From NCBI GenBank assembly GCA_047967505.1, contig CM106538.1: DNA of 64,000 bases; one strand, written 5' to 3'. Position numbers and translations under genes: made by a program. Source of the stretch: Dipteris shenzhenensis. Lineage: Eukaryota. A model generated the notes under the pieces. The model saw only the letters and a program-made list of their open reading frames with translations. It did no database searches and was not told the origin of the DNA. This document shows positions 1-13,069 of the stretch, piece by piece (positions within the stretch are counted from its first letter, which is position 1; each line of letters starts with the position of its first letter).

Positions 1-1000
1 TAATGGATATTCCCTTGGATCAAAACTTGAAGATGATGGCTGATTCTGGAGCTGAGATTGATGACATTACCATGTATAGGTAGATGGTTGGAAGCTTGAT
101 TTATCTGACTATTACCAGGCCTGATTTAATATATGTTGTGGGACTCATTAGTCAATTTATGCAAAAGCCACGGAAGCCTCGCTTGGATGCAGTGAGAAGG
201 ATTATGCACTATGTCAAGGCAACATATCAGTATGGACTCTTTTATGAGTATGGAAAGGATATAGAACTGGTTGGATACACAGATGCAGATTGGGCAAGAT
301 GTGCTTATGACAGGAGATCCACCAGTGGTTATGCATTCAGCCTTAGAAGTGCTATGGTTAGCTGGAGTAGCAAAAAGCAATCCACAGTGGCATTGTCTAG
401 TACAGAGGTGTAGCATTGGCTGCATGTGAGATTGCTTGGCTTCAGAAGCTTTTGCAGGATTTGGGACTGCATGTGGAAAAACTAGTTAGACTTTATTGTT
501 ATAACATGAGTAGTGTGCAGTTGGCAAGTAATCCGGTTTATCATGCTAGAACTAAGCATATTGAGGTACACTACCATTTCATCAGAGAGATGATGTTATC
601 AAAGAAGATTGATCTCATACATGTGAAGACTGAAGTTGAGGTTGCAAATATCTTTACCAAGTCATTGGGTAGAGATAAGTTTACATACTTTAGAGAGCTA
701 CTTGGTGTTATGCTCCCTACTTGAGCTTGAGGGGGAGTGTTGGGAATCAAGCTCTCGGTTATTGTTCTTGTTGTGTGAGTAGGTGAATAAGGTGAGTCAC
801 ACTGACTCAACCATAGGTAGTTCTTATCTACTATTAATGGGTGTGACCTTAGTAGTGTTCAATTGTATTATGTGGGGTGAATATGAGCTGATTGTGTAGG
901 AGACTGTTGCTCCCTCTTGGTTGCTTCCTATATCTCTCTTCTTGTTTTTCTTAATACATCCAAACTCTTACTAGGTGATCTATTGATCACATGCACTACA
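1..1000 (+). mobile_element. 3' end of a Ty1/Copia LTR retrotransposon (late RT, RNase H, PPT, 3' LTR), inserted into another Copia
   Basis: ORFs 84-413 and 416-724 carry GSLIYLTITRPD, GYTDADWA, RRSTSGY, SKKQSTVALSSTE and HARTKHIEVHYHFIRE. PPT GAGGGGGAG is followed by TGTTGG at 738. The LTR end near 1000 (..ACTACA) is approximate. In-frame stops are present. Confidence 0.9.
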
Positions 1001-3496
1001 GTCTTCATTGCCTTAGCCCAAAACCCACCAGAAAGACTTGCATTGGAAAGCATACATTGCAACTTTTCCTAAATGGTGTAGTTCATCTATTCTATAATTG
1101 GATTCTGCTCTAGAGTATAAGGAGATGTGAGCTCGCTCTTGATCCCATGTGTATCGCAAAAATGTTGAAAATCATGAGAGATAGGTTCTCCATTATTATC
1201 AGGACCCCAACGGCATAAGAGTTTCATTCCATTTTGGCTCATGTGCCCCAATTGGCAATGCCACAAAGAAGTACTTGGTTGCTCGATTATTGAAACAACA
1301 TGATTAGACACCCTTGATACATGTAAGGGATACAATGTCCCACACTTGGAACCTCTCGCCAAACCATAGAACCCTTCTGAATTTTCCAACTCTGAAAACC
1401 AAAGGTGGTCTGAAAACCAACATCATCTAGACGACTCAATGAAATAAGACTCTTGGTTAGCTTGCACATTTTTTAAAAAAAATGCAGACCCATTTGCAAA
1501 AGAAACCTTTATGTCACCTGTTGCCGCTATGTCACATGCAGAGTTATTTCCAAGATGCACACAACCTATCTTTCCACTGTCATAAGTGGAGAACCGTTTC
1601 CTATGGAAAGTAACATGGAATGAAGCACCAAAATTCAAAATCCAATCCTAGGAATATGCATCATTAGAAGTGGTAAGCAAGTCTGCAGGTAGGTTAGTCA
1701 TGAAGAGAATGTCATTGTCACTATTATCAATGATTGCATTTATCTCCTCGATCTTCATTTTTCCTTTGTCCTCCCTTGGACTCTCTTTCTTCTTATTTGC
1801 ACCCCAATTTGCATTCTTTCTTTTATCCTTTTGCTCTCTTTTCAGCTTTATCAATCCTTCTTCATGTGGCCCTTCTTGCCACAATGATAACACTCAATGT
1901 TCTGTGCCTTGGATTTGCTACAAGACTTCCCTCTTTCTTGGGACTTCCCCTTGAACTGTGATCTACCCCTTTGCACATTTAAGGTTGCATCCTACTTGTT
2001 GCCATCCATAGACTTTTGTCTAATCTCCTCGGCCAATAAGCTACCCACAACATCATCAAAATTCAGTACTCCACTAGGTGCAAAGTTACTGACAGCTGTA
2101 CGGAAGGTATCCCATGAGGATAGCAATGAACACAAGAGGAATATTGCCTTAGTTTCTGCATCAAAATTCATATTCTGAGCTTGAAGCTGGCTGAAAATAA
2201 TATTAAATTCATTCAAGTGAGAAGAAATGGAGACCCCTTCTTTCATTTGTAGCTCAAACAACCTCTTCATGAGGTAAACTTTATTAGAGGCAGTTTCCTT
2301 CTCATAAGTGGCACATAATTTCTTACACAAATCTTCCATAGTCTGCTCATGATGAAGTCTAAACTTTGCTAATCCATCCAACTCATTCCAATCATCCTCA
2401 GACATATCTGCGGGCTTAGCTCCAATCTCTGCCAAGGGTTTGATCTACTTCTTTTGAATAAGAACATCCCTTATCTATTATTTCCATAAAGAAAATTTTG
2501 TCCCATCAAACTTTTTAATGCTAACAACTCCTTTTTAGACATGGAAGAGGATGCCATGATGCAAATAAAGCAAATCTCAAATGCTAGTGCCTGCAAGAAA
2601 GAATCACACCAAATACCAGGTACCAAATACCAGGTGCACCCAAATACATCTACCTTAATTAAGGATAGTGTCACCAAAACTCAAGGCTCAAAGCATCAAA
2701 ATGCATGTGACTCATGTGCATATACTATGCATCCATATGAGCAAAGCTGGCACAAAAGAAAATGTGAACCTACAATGACAAAACAATGGCAAGCCCAATG
2801 CCAATAAGAGCCAAATTCGTCAAGCATAAACACAAGCCAATCTGGGCCTATCAGCGTCAAGCATAAACACAAGCCAATCTGGGCCTATCAACGTATCCAA
2901 CAAGGATCGCAATGGATCCAAATGGCTTGTAAAGCATCCAAGGTAACCCAATGCAAACCACAAATGAGCACACATGGCTCAGACTGTAACCAGAGTGATC
3001 TGCATAAGGTATATCCAAAAAATCATAGCTCTATGGTAATGACTGCTAGTGAAAATAGAACATCATGTATACCTCAAAACATGGGCATCACTGCATAATC
3101 GGAATCAGCAGACAATATGCAAATATCTCTCTTCTACTGGAACTCCAAAATCCCAACCGATGAATCAGAAATGGAGTCAACCTTTGTAATTGACTTGTAG
3201 TCAAGATATCAAAGGTTTGAACCTTTGAATGGATTTTTGACCGAGAAACAAAAAATCCGGCATCTCAGATAGACAAAACTTCTCTAAATCTCCATGAAAT
3301 CATGCAAGAGCTGATAGGTAGGGTTTTTTGGGTCTTTGAAATGCAATGGAAGAGACCGTTTTGGAAACCGTGGTCCCAATCACTGAGTCCAACACACAGA
3401 CCAAAAAATATTTTTGCAAACAAACCTATTTGCAAGTGCCACCAAAGTGTATTGTACATAATTGGGGTTAAGGTACAGTGGCCATGAACCCCCACA
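1001..3496 (-). mobile_element. 5' half of a Tnt1-like Copia element (LTR start, gag, protease, partial integrase), degenerate
   Basis: Gag fragments (YEKETASNKVYLMKRLFELQM, IFLLCSLLSSWDTF), protease region (NFGASFHVT..VHLGNNSACDI), GAG-pre-integrase LWHCQLGHMS and integrase FCDTHGIKSELTSPYTLEQN. The LTR start TGTGGGGG at 3496 matches the first ~48 bp of the LTR at 9421. Confidence 0.85.
2819..2890. repeat. Two tandem copies of a ~37-bp unit in the Copia 5' leader
   Basis: gtcaagcataaacacaagccaatctgggcctatca occurs twice. Confidence 0.85.
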
Positions 3497-4149
3497 AACA
3501 TCTTGTATGTTAAAATGTATAACAACTATTGATCTTTATAGTTATGAGCGAGTCACTTGCTTTTAATGCACATATTCACTTTGCAGGAAAAATTATTATT
3601 GTGCAATTGTTGAAGTAAATGACGTGGAGTTTAAAATAATACAATGCTATTATCATGCAAAACATGTTTAGCACATTATGTGAAATTATTAATGTGTAAT
3701 TGTTGAAGTAATTGATGTGGATATGTTGAAATAATGCAGTTGTATGATTATCATGCTATCAAGTAAAATTTTAAAATAATGCAATGCTATTATCACATGA
3801 TTTATGAAACGTGTTTAGCAACTTTACGAACTAGGGAGTGCAAAAATTAGTTTCACCATATTAAAATAAGAAGGGCAACATAAACTTTGAAGACTATCCT
3901 TAATTAAAAATAAGATTTACAATGCCAATTGAGCACTACTTTTGGTTAGCATACCGTAAAATGGAAGCAACAATGGTCTCAGCTCTTGGTGCCTTGCATT
4001 TTGCAATGGCTCTATGCACATCACCCAAGAAATGCAACCATATTCTCAAGAGATATCCACAATATGCTTGATGCTAGACTTCATATCTCCACCATTTTTC
4101 ACCTAGCATCATAACATTTTTCACGTTTGAAACAGCTTCAACCAGATCC

Positions 4150-6530
4150 ATAGGTTGTCACTTGTCCAATGATGGGAGGATCATGCAATGGACCTGGGAG
4201 ATAACAATTTACCCACTTTGCTAGATCTCCATCATTATTCTCTTCCTTAACATCATACAACACTCTACCATTTGCACAACACTCTACCATTTGCATAAAC
4301 ATATACTAATTTCTATGCTCTTTCCGTCTTCAAACGATTTCTTGTGATGGAATGTACAAACTTGTAATTACTCCAATTTTGTTTGCTGGAAAAATTGTTG
4401 CAAGGCTGGGATTTCAAGGTTTGCAAATGGCGTGTCGATGCTCCACACTCTTCCCACCATCTCCATGTAGGCATCTCCTTTGCAAGGTCTCGTATTCTTA
4501 TATATGCAAACAACCCTTCCCTATTTTAAAAGGTTGACAATTCCTTGACAGCAGTAGCATATTCAGATTTGTCTTTAGAAAATCATCCTAAGAGATTATG
4601 CCAAGGATTCATTATGTGTTCCAATATACTCCCACCATTGGGGATCTAAAATATGACCAAAATAGTGAAGTTAATTATGAGCATGATTCCATTACTTTGA
4701 AAACATCTTCTGCAAAGTGACATGATGACTGGCATTGTAGCCAATACCATGACTTGTGGATCTTCTATTTTTCTTCAATAGGTCTCACTCAACAGTCCAC
4801 CTCAAGGGATTCACCTCCAAAAATTTTAGTATATCATGTGTGTTCAAAGGAGGGGTAATTTAATCTCACTTTTCTAAAAAATATAATAGGATTACAATAA
4901 CAAGAGGGATTTTAAATCTAAATTTAGAAAAAAGCAATTACTTCATAAGTAAAGAGGGGTGGTTTTATTAGGGGGGGAATTTTAGTGGGGTTTTTAAAAT
5001 AACCCTTAAACGCACATGATACCTAGGATTTGTTAGTAGTGCACCCCCCAAGCAGTCCAACAAGCCATGTAAGCATTGTGAAAACTTGGACCTTTCACGT
5101 CTAGTTTTTGGATGACAAACCATACCGGCCATATTGCATCAGTCGCATTAGCTATTTTCTTCCAAAAACTATCATTTTGACTGAATTACTTCATCTCTGT
5201 GAATTCGGCATGGGTGTTTTGTGAAGTTGACTCAATTATCCACACGTGAGGTTCTACACTAAATAATGTCTTCGTTCCAACTCCTTGTAGCTTGAGCAAA
5301 TGGTCCAACATTATATAGTTTGTTCCAAAACATGTTTTTCCAGGTTTCAAAAACTCCAGTGGATGCTCAGCAAGTGGTGCTTTTTGGATATGCCCAACAA
5401 TCTCTCATGGTTAAGGAAGTACAATATTATTCCTTATCCTTCATCCACTGAGGCTTTGAACCACCCGGTCTCCACTGACTTATACGAATCCTCAAGCACA
5501 AGGTCAAGGCAATGGCAAGAGCACAATGATGCCCAAATGGTTGGATAGTTTTTATATATAATTCTTCTAGCTTTCCTACAGTTCTTCGCATTGTCAGTGA
5601 TTATTTAAACAACATTATAATGCCCAACATTTAGAATTACTGCCTCCAATTGCTCAGTAATGTATTCACTTGTCTTGGCATGGCCACTTGTGTCAATAGA
5701 TTGATGAAAGGCCTCTCCCTTAAATGTCACAACCATGATATTGATCAAAGGCATCTTGGTGACATTTTTCCATCCATCACTAACAATGGCATAGTCTATT
5801 CTCTCAATACCATCGTATACTACTTGCTACATCTCCTGTTTTATCCTATCATAGGATTCATCCAAGTAGTTGTTGTGGACAACATTGTAACTCGGCATCG
5901 TAAAACTAGACCCGCCCTTGCTATGAACAGCATGTCTCTTTTCTAATGAGGATTTTGAACCACACTTAACATATACTCGATGTAAAAAAATAGCCTCAAA
6001 AACATCTTGTTGCACTTTCTTTATATGTTGTTGTTTGAATGACGCTTCCAATGATCTTTGTTGTTGTGGACGCATACACAATTGTGAACGAGCCATGTTG
6101 CTACCTTGTCCACTCTTCATATACATCATAAAGCAACTTGTCGTCTGTGTCATCGAGGCCACACCACTACTTTGGGGTGGCATGAATTGCAAAGAACCAT
6201 CTACATCTATAGATAGACTAGCTTGAGGTGTGAGTATATCATCAGGCATGGATTCAGAGGCTGTGATTGGTGGCATGCAACTATATCATCCACCTAGCTA
6301 TCTTTACTTTTAGGCATTTGTCCACCTAGAGTGGCTATAACTCTCTCAAATCCTGGACCCTTGCATTTTCCCATTTGTTTGTGAGCATCACCCATGAATT
6401 GTTTTTGCATTCTTGTGCTAGAGCTTGCGTACTCATCATGACAAAAGTTGCATTTCCACTTCTTATTAAGCAACATCGTAACATAATCTCGAGCCTTTGT
6501 TGGGTTTCTTCCTCGTTACTTTGGAACCAT
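4150..6530 (-). pseudogene. hAT-superfamily transposase (BED finger, DUF659/RNase H-like core, C-terminal dimerisation domain), disrupted
   Basis: KWKCNFCHDEYASSSTRM (BED-like), PTIWASLCSCHCLDL (hAT CxxHxLxL motif, ~5500-5548) and WRWWEECGASTRHLQTL..SQPC..NWSNYKFVHSITRNRLKTERA (dimerisation domain). Many stops and frameshifts. Confidence 0.9.
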
Positions 6531-7509
6531 TTGTGCAGTCAAGGCTGTAAGAGAAACATACATAATTTTATATAAGTAATATGTACGTTCATATAAATTT
6601 TCATGTTTTTGTTTCGACCATCTCATTTAGCCTTTAGGACACATAACAATGTTTGGATTGTTTGCAGTTCTACATCCAAAAATCAATGTGGCTATTTGGC
6701 ACACTAACTTAGAGTACTTCATGTAAGCTTGCTAGACCTCAAGAGAGAGAAATCATCCAATTGTCTTGCCCCCTCCGGACGTAATTGGATGAGTGTGAAC
6801 GTGCTAATCTACCTATTAAAATAGTCATGGGATGGCAAATTGCCTTTTCCCACATTCCTCTCTCTCCCGAGTAAGCATCTATATGCACCATGATCATCCA
6901 CAACATTATGCTCGATTGATGGATGTCGGTATTTCACACACTCTAGTACAATAGCTAGCATTACTTACACAACCACTTATAAGCACTTTTACTTCTAATT
7001 TCTAAGCTAGGAGACTTTGTTAACCTAATAACCTCAATATATTTTTTCTACGTACGTATGGAGTCTAACATGGGCTACAAATTGCAACATATGCAACATG
7101 ATTATATCTAGTTTTTTTCACCCAATATTATATAAAAAGCAAGGATCATAAACCTATCTATACTACAATCTCTCCACACATGTACGCCATAATTTTACGA
7201 GTTGTGACGAGCTGGCAATTGCAAGATCCACAATCGACGAGACTTCAAATGAGATGCAAACGGCTGGCACAACCGAGCCTAGAACTGGCAAAAAGTCAAA
7301 TATTCTCTCACCACTCTTGAATCCTACTTTATAGAGTCTTATTAGTATATAGTATAAATATGTATCCGCATGCGTTATGTTCCAGGTTGGCCTAAGAAAA
7401 CCTCCAATGGGAACATGGTATGATATTCTTCATCAATGAACAAATTGTTCTAGGTAGGCTTATGCAAAATCCAACTGGCTCATTGAATTTTTTTAAAATA
7501 TAGTTATAG

Positions 7510-7780
7510 GCTATAGCTACATACATATAAATAAATACATATGCTAAAATTAGAAAAAACATACACACAATAACTCATGCAACTACAATTAAAATCCTAA
7601 TCTTTTACAAAAGTCAATCACTTCATGCAACTTATAATTTCAACTTTTACATTTTTCCAAAGCTTCCTATGATATTTCATGCAACTAAATTGAAATCCTA
7701 GATCATGTAACTAACACATTTATCACCTTTCCAAAGACAAGTTACAACTCAAATACTTCATGCAATAATTAAAATCCTCT
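7510..7780. repeat. Dispersed array of a CATGCAACTA-like motif in AT-rich sequence
   Basis: catgcaactacaattaaaatcct, catgcaacttataatt, catgcaactaaattgaaatcct, catgtaactaa and catgcaataattaaaatcct. Confidence 0.6.
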
Positions 7781-8089
7781 ATTTTTCCAAAGACACCTAA
7801 AATGTTAAATACAACTAACAAACTCATTACATAATAGTATGTAAATGCTAATTATCCAATTAGTATCTAAGTGTGAGTGGATTCCAACAAGCAAAAGTGA
7901 GCCCACCACTTGCACCACTAGATACTTTTTTGAACTTAGAAGGACTAACAAAACTTACAAAGTTCTTTATAGCTTTTTTATCCTTCTTTATTATGCTTCT
8001 TGTTCTTTCCAAGACTCCATGGAATACTAGGAATCTCGATAATGTGAATAGTGCCAATGTGGCGCAGGTTTGTATAATATTAACAACTT

Positions 8090-8250
8090 CGTGTAGTGTA
8101 ACTAAACACTGCATGGTGTAATCAATTATAATGTGGTGTATGGACATACCATGTAGTGTAATAACATTGCACGATATAGATCCTTACCGCAAGGTGTTTT
8201 TTGGGTATACCACATGGTATATTGATTTACCGTGTGATAGCCTGCTGTAG
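8090..8250. repeat. Array of a degenerate palindrome (ACCGCGCGGT-like); putative transposon subterminal repeats
   Basis: acactgcatggtgt, taccatgtagtgt, acattgcacgata, ttaccgcaaggtgt, ataccacatggtat and ttaccgtgtgata. The variants differ mainly by C>T/G>A changes. Confidence 0.65.
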
Positions 8251-9601
8251 CCGATCTCGGAAATTTACATGGTACAGCCGAAAGGATTTGAAGAAAAGGG
8301 CAAAGAGAATTTGGTTTGCAAGCTGAAAAAGAGTCTCTATGGCCTTAAGCAAGCTCCTAGATAATGGTATCAGAAGTTTGATGCTTTCATTCGGTCTCAA
8401 GGTTTCAAAATAAGTGAGATTGATCACTGCCTCTACACTAAAAAGGCTAAGGATAATAGCCTGATACTCTTGGCACTTTATGTGGATGATATGCTATTGG
8501 ATAGCGAGAACATTTATGAGCTGCATGCATTGAAGCCAAGTTACATGAGGCCTTTGAGATGAAGGATTTGGGACCTGCAGGTCATATTCTTGGTATGCAC
8601 ATCATGTGTGACCAGAGTAGGAAACTCCTTTGGCTTTCATAGAAGGAGTATGTTACAAAAGTGCTGCATCATTTCAATATGGAGGGGGGGAAGGTAGTAA
8701 GTACTCCATTTCCTCCATATGTGATATTGAGTCAAGCAGATAGTCCCAAATACGATGAGGAGAGGGCCATGATGGCCAAGGTTCCTTATGCATCAACGGT
8801 TGGGAGTCTTATGTATGCTATGATAGCTATATTAGACCGGATATTGCATCTGTAGTGGGAGTTGTTAGCCAGTATATGGATAATCCAGGAAAGAGGCATT
8901 GGGAGGCAGTTCATTGCATTATGAGGTACATGAAGGGTGATGTGTATCTGCTTTGGTAGAGGAGAGATGCATGTACTTGGAGACACAGGTTCACACTATG
9001 CAGGGCATGTGGATAGTAGGAGATCTGCTTCTAGTTATGTGTTCACCTTTGTAGGTGGTGCAGAGTCGTGGATGTATCATGCACAGAAGTGCATTGCTTT
9101 GTCTACGATAGAGGCTGAGTATGTTGCAGCCACTGAGGGTTCCAAGGAGGCCATATGGCTTGATCAACTAGTGGGATATTTGAGGATTCATATAGGTGTA
9201 CCAACATTGCATAGTGATATTCAGCTAGCACAGAATCTGGTCTTTCATGCAAAGACCAAACACATTGAGGTTAGTACCATTTCATCAAGGAGGTACTTGA
9301 GGACAAGCGCATAGAGCTTGTTAGTCAGTGATTTGAGTATTGTCATGTATTGATGGGCATTGGATAGTATGTCTATTGATTGTTCTCCCTAAAAGGCACG
9401 TTGGCCTTTAAGTGGGAGGTTGTGGGGTTTGAAGGCCACTGTACCTTAACCCTAGTTATGTATAATACTCAAACACATATATATATGGATGATGTAGAAG
9501 ATTAGGGTATTGCGGACCCACCAAAACTTGTGTGGCTCTCTCTCCTGGCTCTCCCTATCTCTCACCTTCTTCTATTATGCTTCCATTGTTGGGATCTCTC
9601 A
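8251..9601 (+). mobile_element. 3' half of a Tnt1-like Copia element (RT from DL.EIYMVQP, RNase H, PPT, 3' LTR 9421-9601)
   Basis: [38 protein letters not shown] and ALSTIEAEYVAA. PPT AAGTGGGAGG is followed by TGTGGGG at 9421. The LTR ends ..CTCTCA at 9601 and is followed by ATGTT. Confidence 0.88.
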
Positions 9602-9666
9602 ATGTTCACATCCCACGTTGTAGAGTTTACATCTTTGGAAACATTATTATTACAAAAAAATGGGCT

Positions 9667-10213
9667 GGGCAAAAAATGAAGCCAACAAATGGCAATCATG
9701 TAAAATGAGAAGGGCAAAAACTGAAGCCAATGGATGCCAAAATGGTTATCTAGAAGCTTTTTATATGCCAGGTCATCCAGTAACAGTAGGAGTATTGTGG
9801 GTGCCTTCAGCCCCTAGGAAGATATGTAGGCCATGTCATCGGTAGAGAATGACCAAGCATCCACACACAATGGTCACTGCCAAGAGCATGCTGGTGATTG
9901 TCAATAAGATGGCGACGAGCAAGATCAACATTGTTTGCGGGCAAAAAATGAAGCCAACAAATGGCAATATCCATGTAAAATGGGAAGGTCAAAAACTGAA
10001 GCCAATGGATGCCAAAATGGTTATCTAGAAGCTTTTTATATGCTAGGTCGTCCAATAACGGTAGGAGTATTGTGGGTGCCTTGAGCCCCTAGGAAGATAT
10101 GTAGGCCATGTCGTCAATAGAGAATGACCAAGCATCTGCACACAATGGTCACCGCCAAGAGCATGCTAGTGATTGTCAATAAGATGGCGATGAGTAAGAT
10201 CAAAATTGTTTGC
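9667..10213. repeat. Tandem duplication with a ~272-bp unit (9667-9938, 9939-10213)
   Basis: Both copies start gggcaaaaaatgaagccaacaaatggcaat and end aagatcaa(c/a)attgtttgc, with scattered transitions. Confidence 0.9.
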
Positions 10214-10449
10214 AAGCTACTAAAACAAAGTGTTACAATTTATGAGAATTGATTCCATAATCCATTTTTAAAAAAAAGAATGAGAATTTATTCAATATAC
10301 CATCAAAAACAAACTTAGTGAGAACTAAAAACAAAACGAATATTGATTCAATACACCATTCAAACATACTTTTAACACAATTCTTGCAAATCAATTAGAT
10401 ATGTAAGTTGAATACAATATTTCTCTCTCCTAATCATTTAAATTCTACA

Positions 10450-11100
10450 TGGCCTCAGATCAAGAGAGTAGGTTGCTCCGATGCCAAGAATGTCATACAA
10501 TTCATGTGCCACAGGAGTGTTGCATGCCGCACATGCACTTCTTACCTTTAGAGTATTCACAAGGCAAGCAAGGTGAAATTGATGGTCAAAAGGGAGAGCA
10601 TAGTATCATGTGGCCCTGTCAAAGTGATCTTGGCAGATTGGACAACATGGCCAGTCCATGATGAGCTATAATTGCATAGGTATTGTGGATGGTTTGTGCA
10701 TGGCGAGGCCAAAAAAATTGTGGTTGGTTGTTGAGTCACTTGTCGTTGCTCATGTACTCGAGCACCTGAGGCAAAGTCCACCTCAGGGCTAAGCACAAAC
10801 TTTGCACATAGAATATTTGCAAAGTATAGGGGAATCTCTCTAAGAGATTTCTTTGCGAACATCATCTCCCAGATGATGGGTGCATTCTCTTTGATGGCTT
10901 GGTTAAGACAATGTACAATGGGCCATCATCCGTGGTTAATGCAAGTTGAGCCTCCTCCCATATAGCTATAACATTGTCCTTTGAGACGAGGGTCTTTATT
11001 TTTGCATACTTCAAGCCCTCAACATTATGGAAAGGACAGGAAATGGCAATTGCCTTTGCCTAGAAGAGAGGTTGCATGGTGGCATCATAGCCACGTCATC
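10450..11100 (-). pseudogene. Degenerate ORF of unknown function, probably a transposon-associated protein
   Basis: Protein-like stretch APIIWEMMFAKKSLREIPLYFANILCAKFVLSPEVDFASG, co-oriented with and downstream of the kinase. No family can be assigned with confidence. Confidence 0.35.
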
Positions 11101-11559
11101 ATGAAATTCATGTCTTGACTAGCATGCATGCGTGTGTGCATCTTGTGCTTGGTACTTGGCTTATGTGGATGGTTGAGAGGGTGTTCTTAATGATGATGCC
11201 ATTGTTGTGAATCGTGATTCTAGAGATGCTTAACCTGGTAACAAAGATATGAGTTCATAACATGAACATTCCAACATTTTGTTCTCATACAATTGTAAAA
11301 TATCGTCTCGTGAGATTGTAGTCATACAACCAATGGTCGAAATATCAAACCCTAAACATCCAATCATGTTATCCAACATCAATTCAAAAATAGTGTAGAA
11401 TATGATTTAAGAATATTTGAAAATTACACAACTTATAAAGCAACAAGTTCACAAAACCAACATCATTCTCTAAATACAAAACTATCCACATTGTAAATTA
11501 AGACATGATGAGATGCCAAATTGCACATTTTATATACAGGTTTTCATATCATCAATTGG

Positions 11560-12930
11560 TCACATTGCAGCATTTTCATCAACATTGTGTGTGTGTAGTT
11601 TGGTTAGCAACAAGTCCATTGTCATCCTTTTCCGAGGCTCATTTTGGCACAAGTGTGTTTTGCGATCCCATAATAGCTTGATTACATGCCCTTGGTACAT
11701 TTGATTAGTTGACAGTGCAGACCTGTAGTTTGCAAGAAAGTTGGTTATTTTTCTAAGTAACCAATTGACAGCATAGCAATCTGACATGTCTAACCATGTG
11801 CCACTTGGTTGAGGGTATGCATCATTTCTCGCATATAGATCTGGTGCAAACCAAGGAAAATCGTGACTTTGGAGCAAGCGCTTGAACCTATGCAAGCTTT
11901 GCTCTCAGTCCTATGAATACATCTTCCCCAGTCAATAATGCCCACATGCACAGATTTTCCATCTGGTGTGAAATACAACACACAGTTTCTAGCATTCAAG
12001 TTAGTGTGTTTTGACTCCACATACCATGCCACCCATTCTGAGGTTTTGCTCGCGGGGTTGCCTCACCTTGCCCAATTCGGATAATCATGATATATGGAAG
12101 GTATACTCACGATCATGTCATGAATACTACCTCCATTGAAGTATGGATTGATTAACCAAAGTTTGCTAATGTGCATGTAACCAATGGCTCAACACATAGC
12201 CCTATGCATTACGGTCATTGCCAGATCAATCTTCAACGATTTATGTGCCTGTGCAATATCATGCCTCAACTTCAGCATAAGATAGGATGGGCTGGAAACC
12301 TATTGGCACTCCCTCTATCTTAATCCAATACACTCTTCCTTCCACTCCCCCACCCAATTCTTGTAGAATTCTCAATGCAACTAGTGGGAAGTGTACCATT
12401 GTAGAGCACATGTCGGAAAACTTTGTGCATAGATCTATTTGTGCCTTGTTGTCTTGGCTTCTCGAGTCAATCCTTTCTTAGGAACCCCTGGCAATCTCGG
12501 TATAATATTGGATGGTGACATTTGATAGTCTACGTGTTGCCCCTTTCTCCTTTTGGTTTTTTCTATGAATGGTAGCGTGGGATTCTTTCCATTCTCTGAC
12601 ACCTATCCAACTTTGTCTATCAAGAGCTCTGATTGATTTAACATTTCCCATTGCACAAATATATCACCCAACACTTTAGGTAGGAAGTTCTATAAAGCCT
12701 CTTTCTCCTCTGCCTGCTCCACCTCTCCATTCCTCATCTAGCTGCATTCAAATTGAGCAAATATGCACTCTTTCATTTCATCCAACATAGACTTGTTATG
12801 AGGAATCTCTCTAATTTTCTTTTCACTCAGTCTAATAATATTGCATGCACACCCTATGGACAAGGTATTGCAACTCGATTCTCCAAGTGTCTCTCTCTCT
12901 CTCTTTAATGAGGTGGCTACCATGAGCAAA
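11560..12930 (-). pseudogene. Divergent protein kinase (ePK fold), frameshifted and apparently intronless
   Basis: My translation gives the motifs in order: Gly loop LQELGGGVEGRVY (~12330-12365), beta3 LMLK, HRAMC*AIGY, WLINPYFNGGSIHDMI, catalytic loop HTNLNARN, IIDWG, PWFAPDL and SDCYAV. Stops and frameshifts lie between the blocks. Confidence 0.85.
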
Positions 12931-13069
12931 GCAAAAGTATAGATCTAATCCACACAATAATCATTACGTAAGCCCTACGTAAGCACTTGGCCAGTTGTGT
13001 TACACTAATGAGGTATACATATGAAAACCAAAGGAGAAGCAGTCCCTACAGTTTATAGACCCCGCCTAA

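Noticed and set aside
4800-5035. AT-rich stretch inside the hAT transposase, possibly a MITE or intron
   Set aside because: Neither convincing TIRs with a TSD nor clear splice sites could be fixed.
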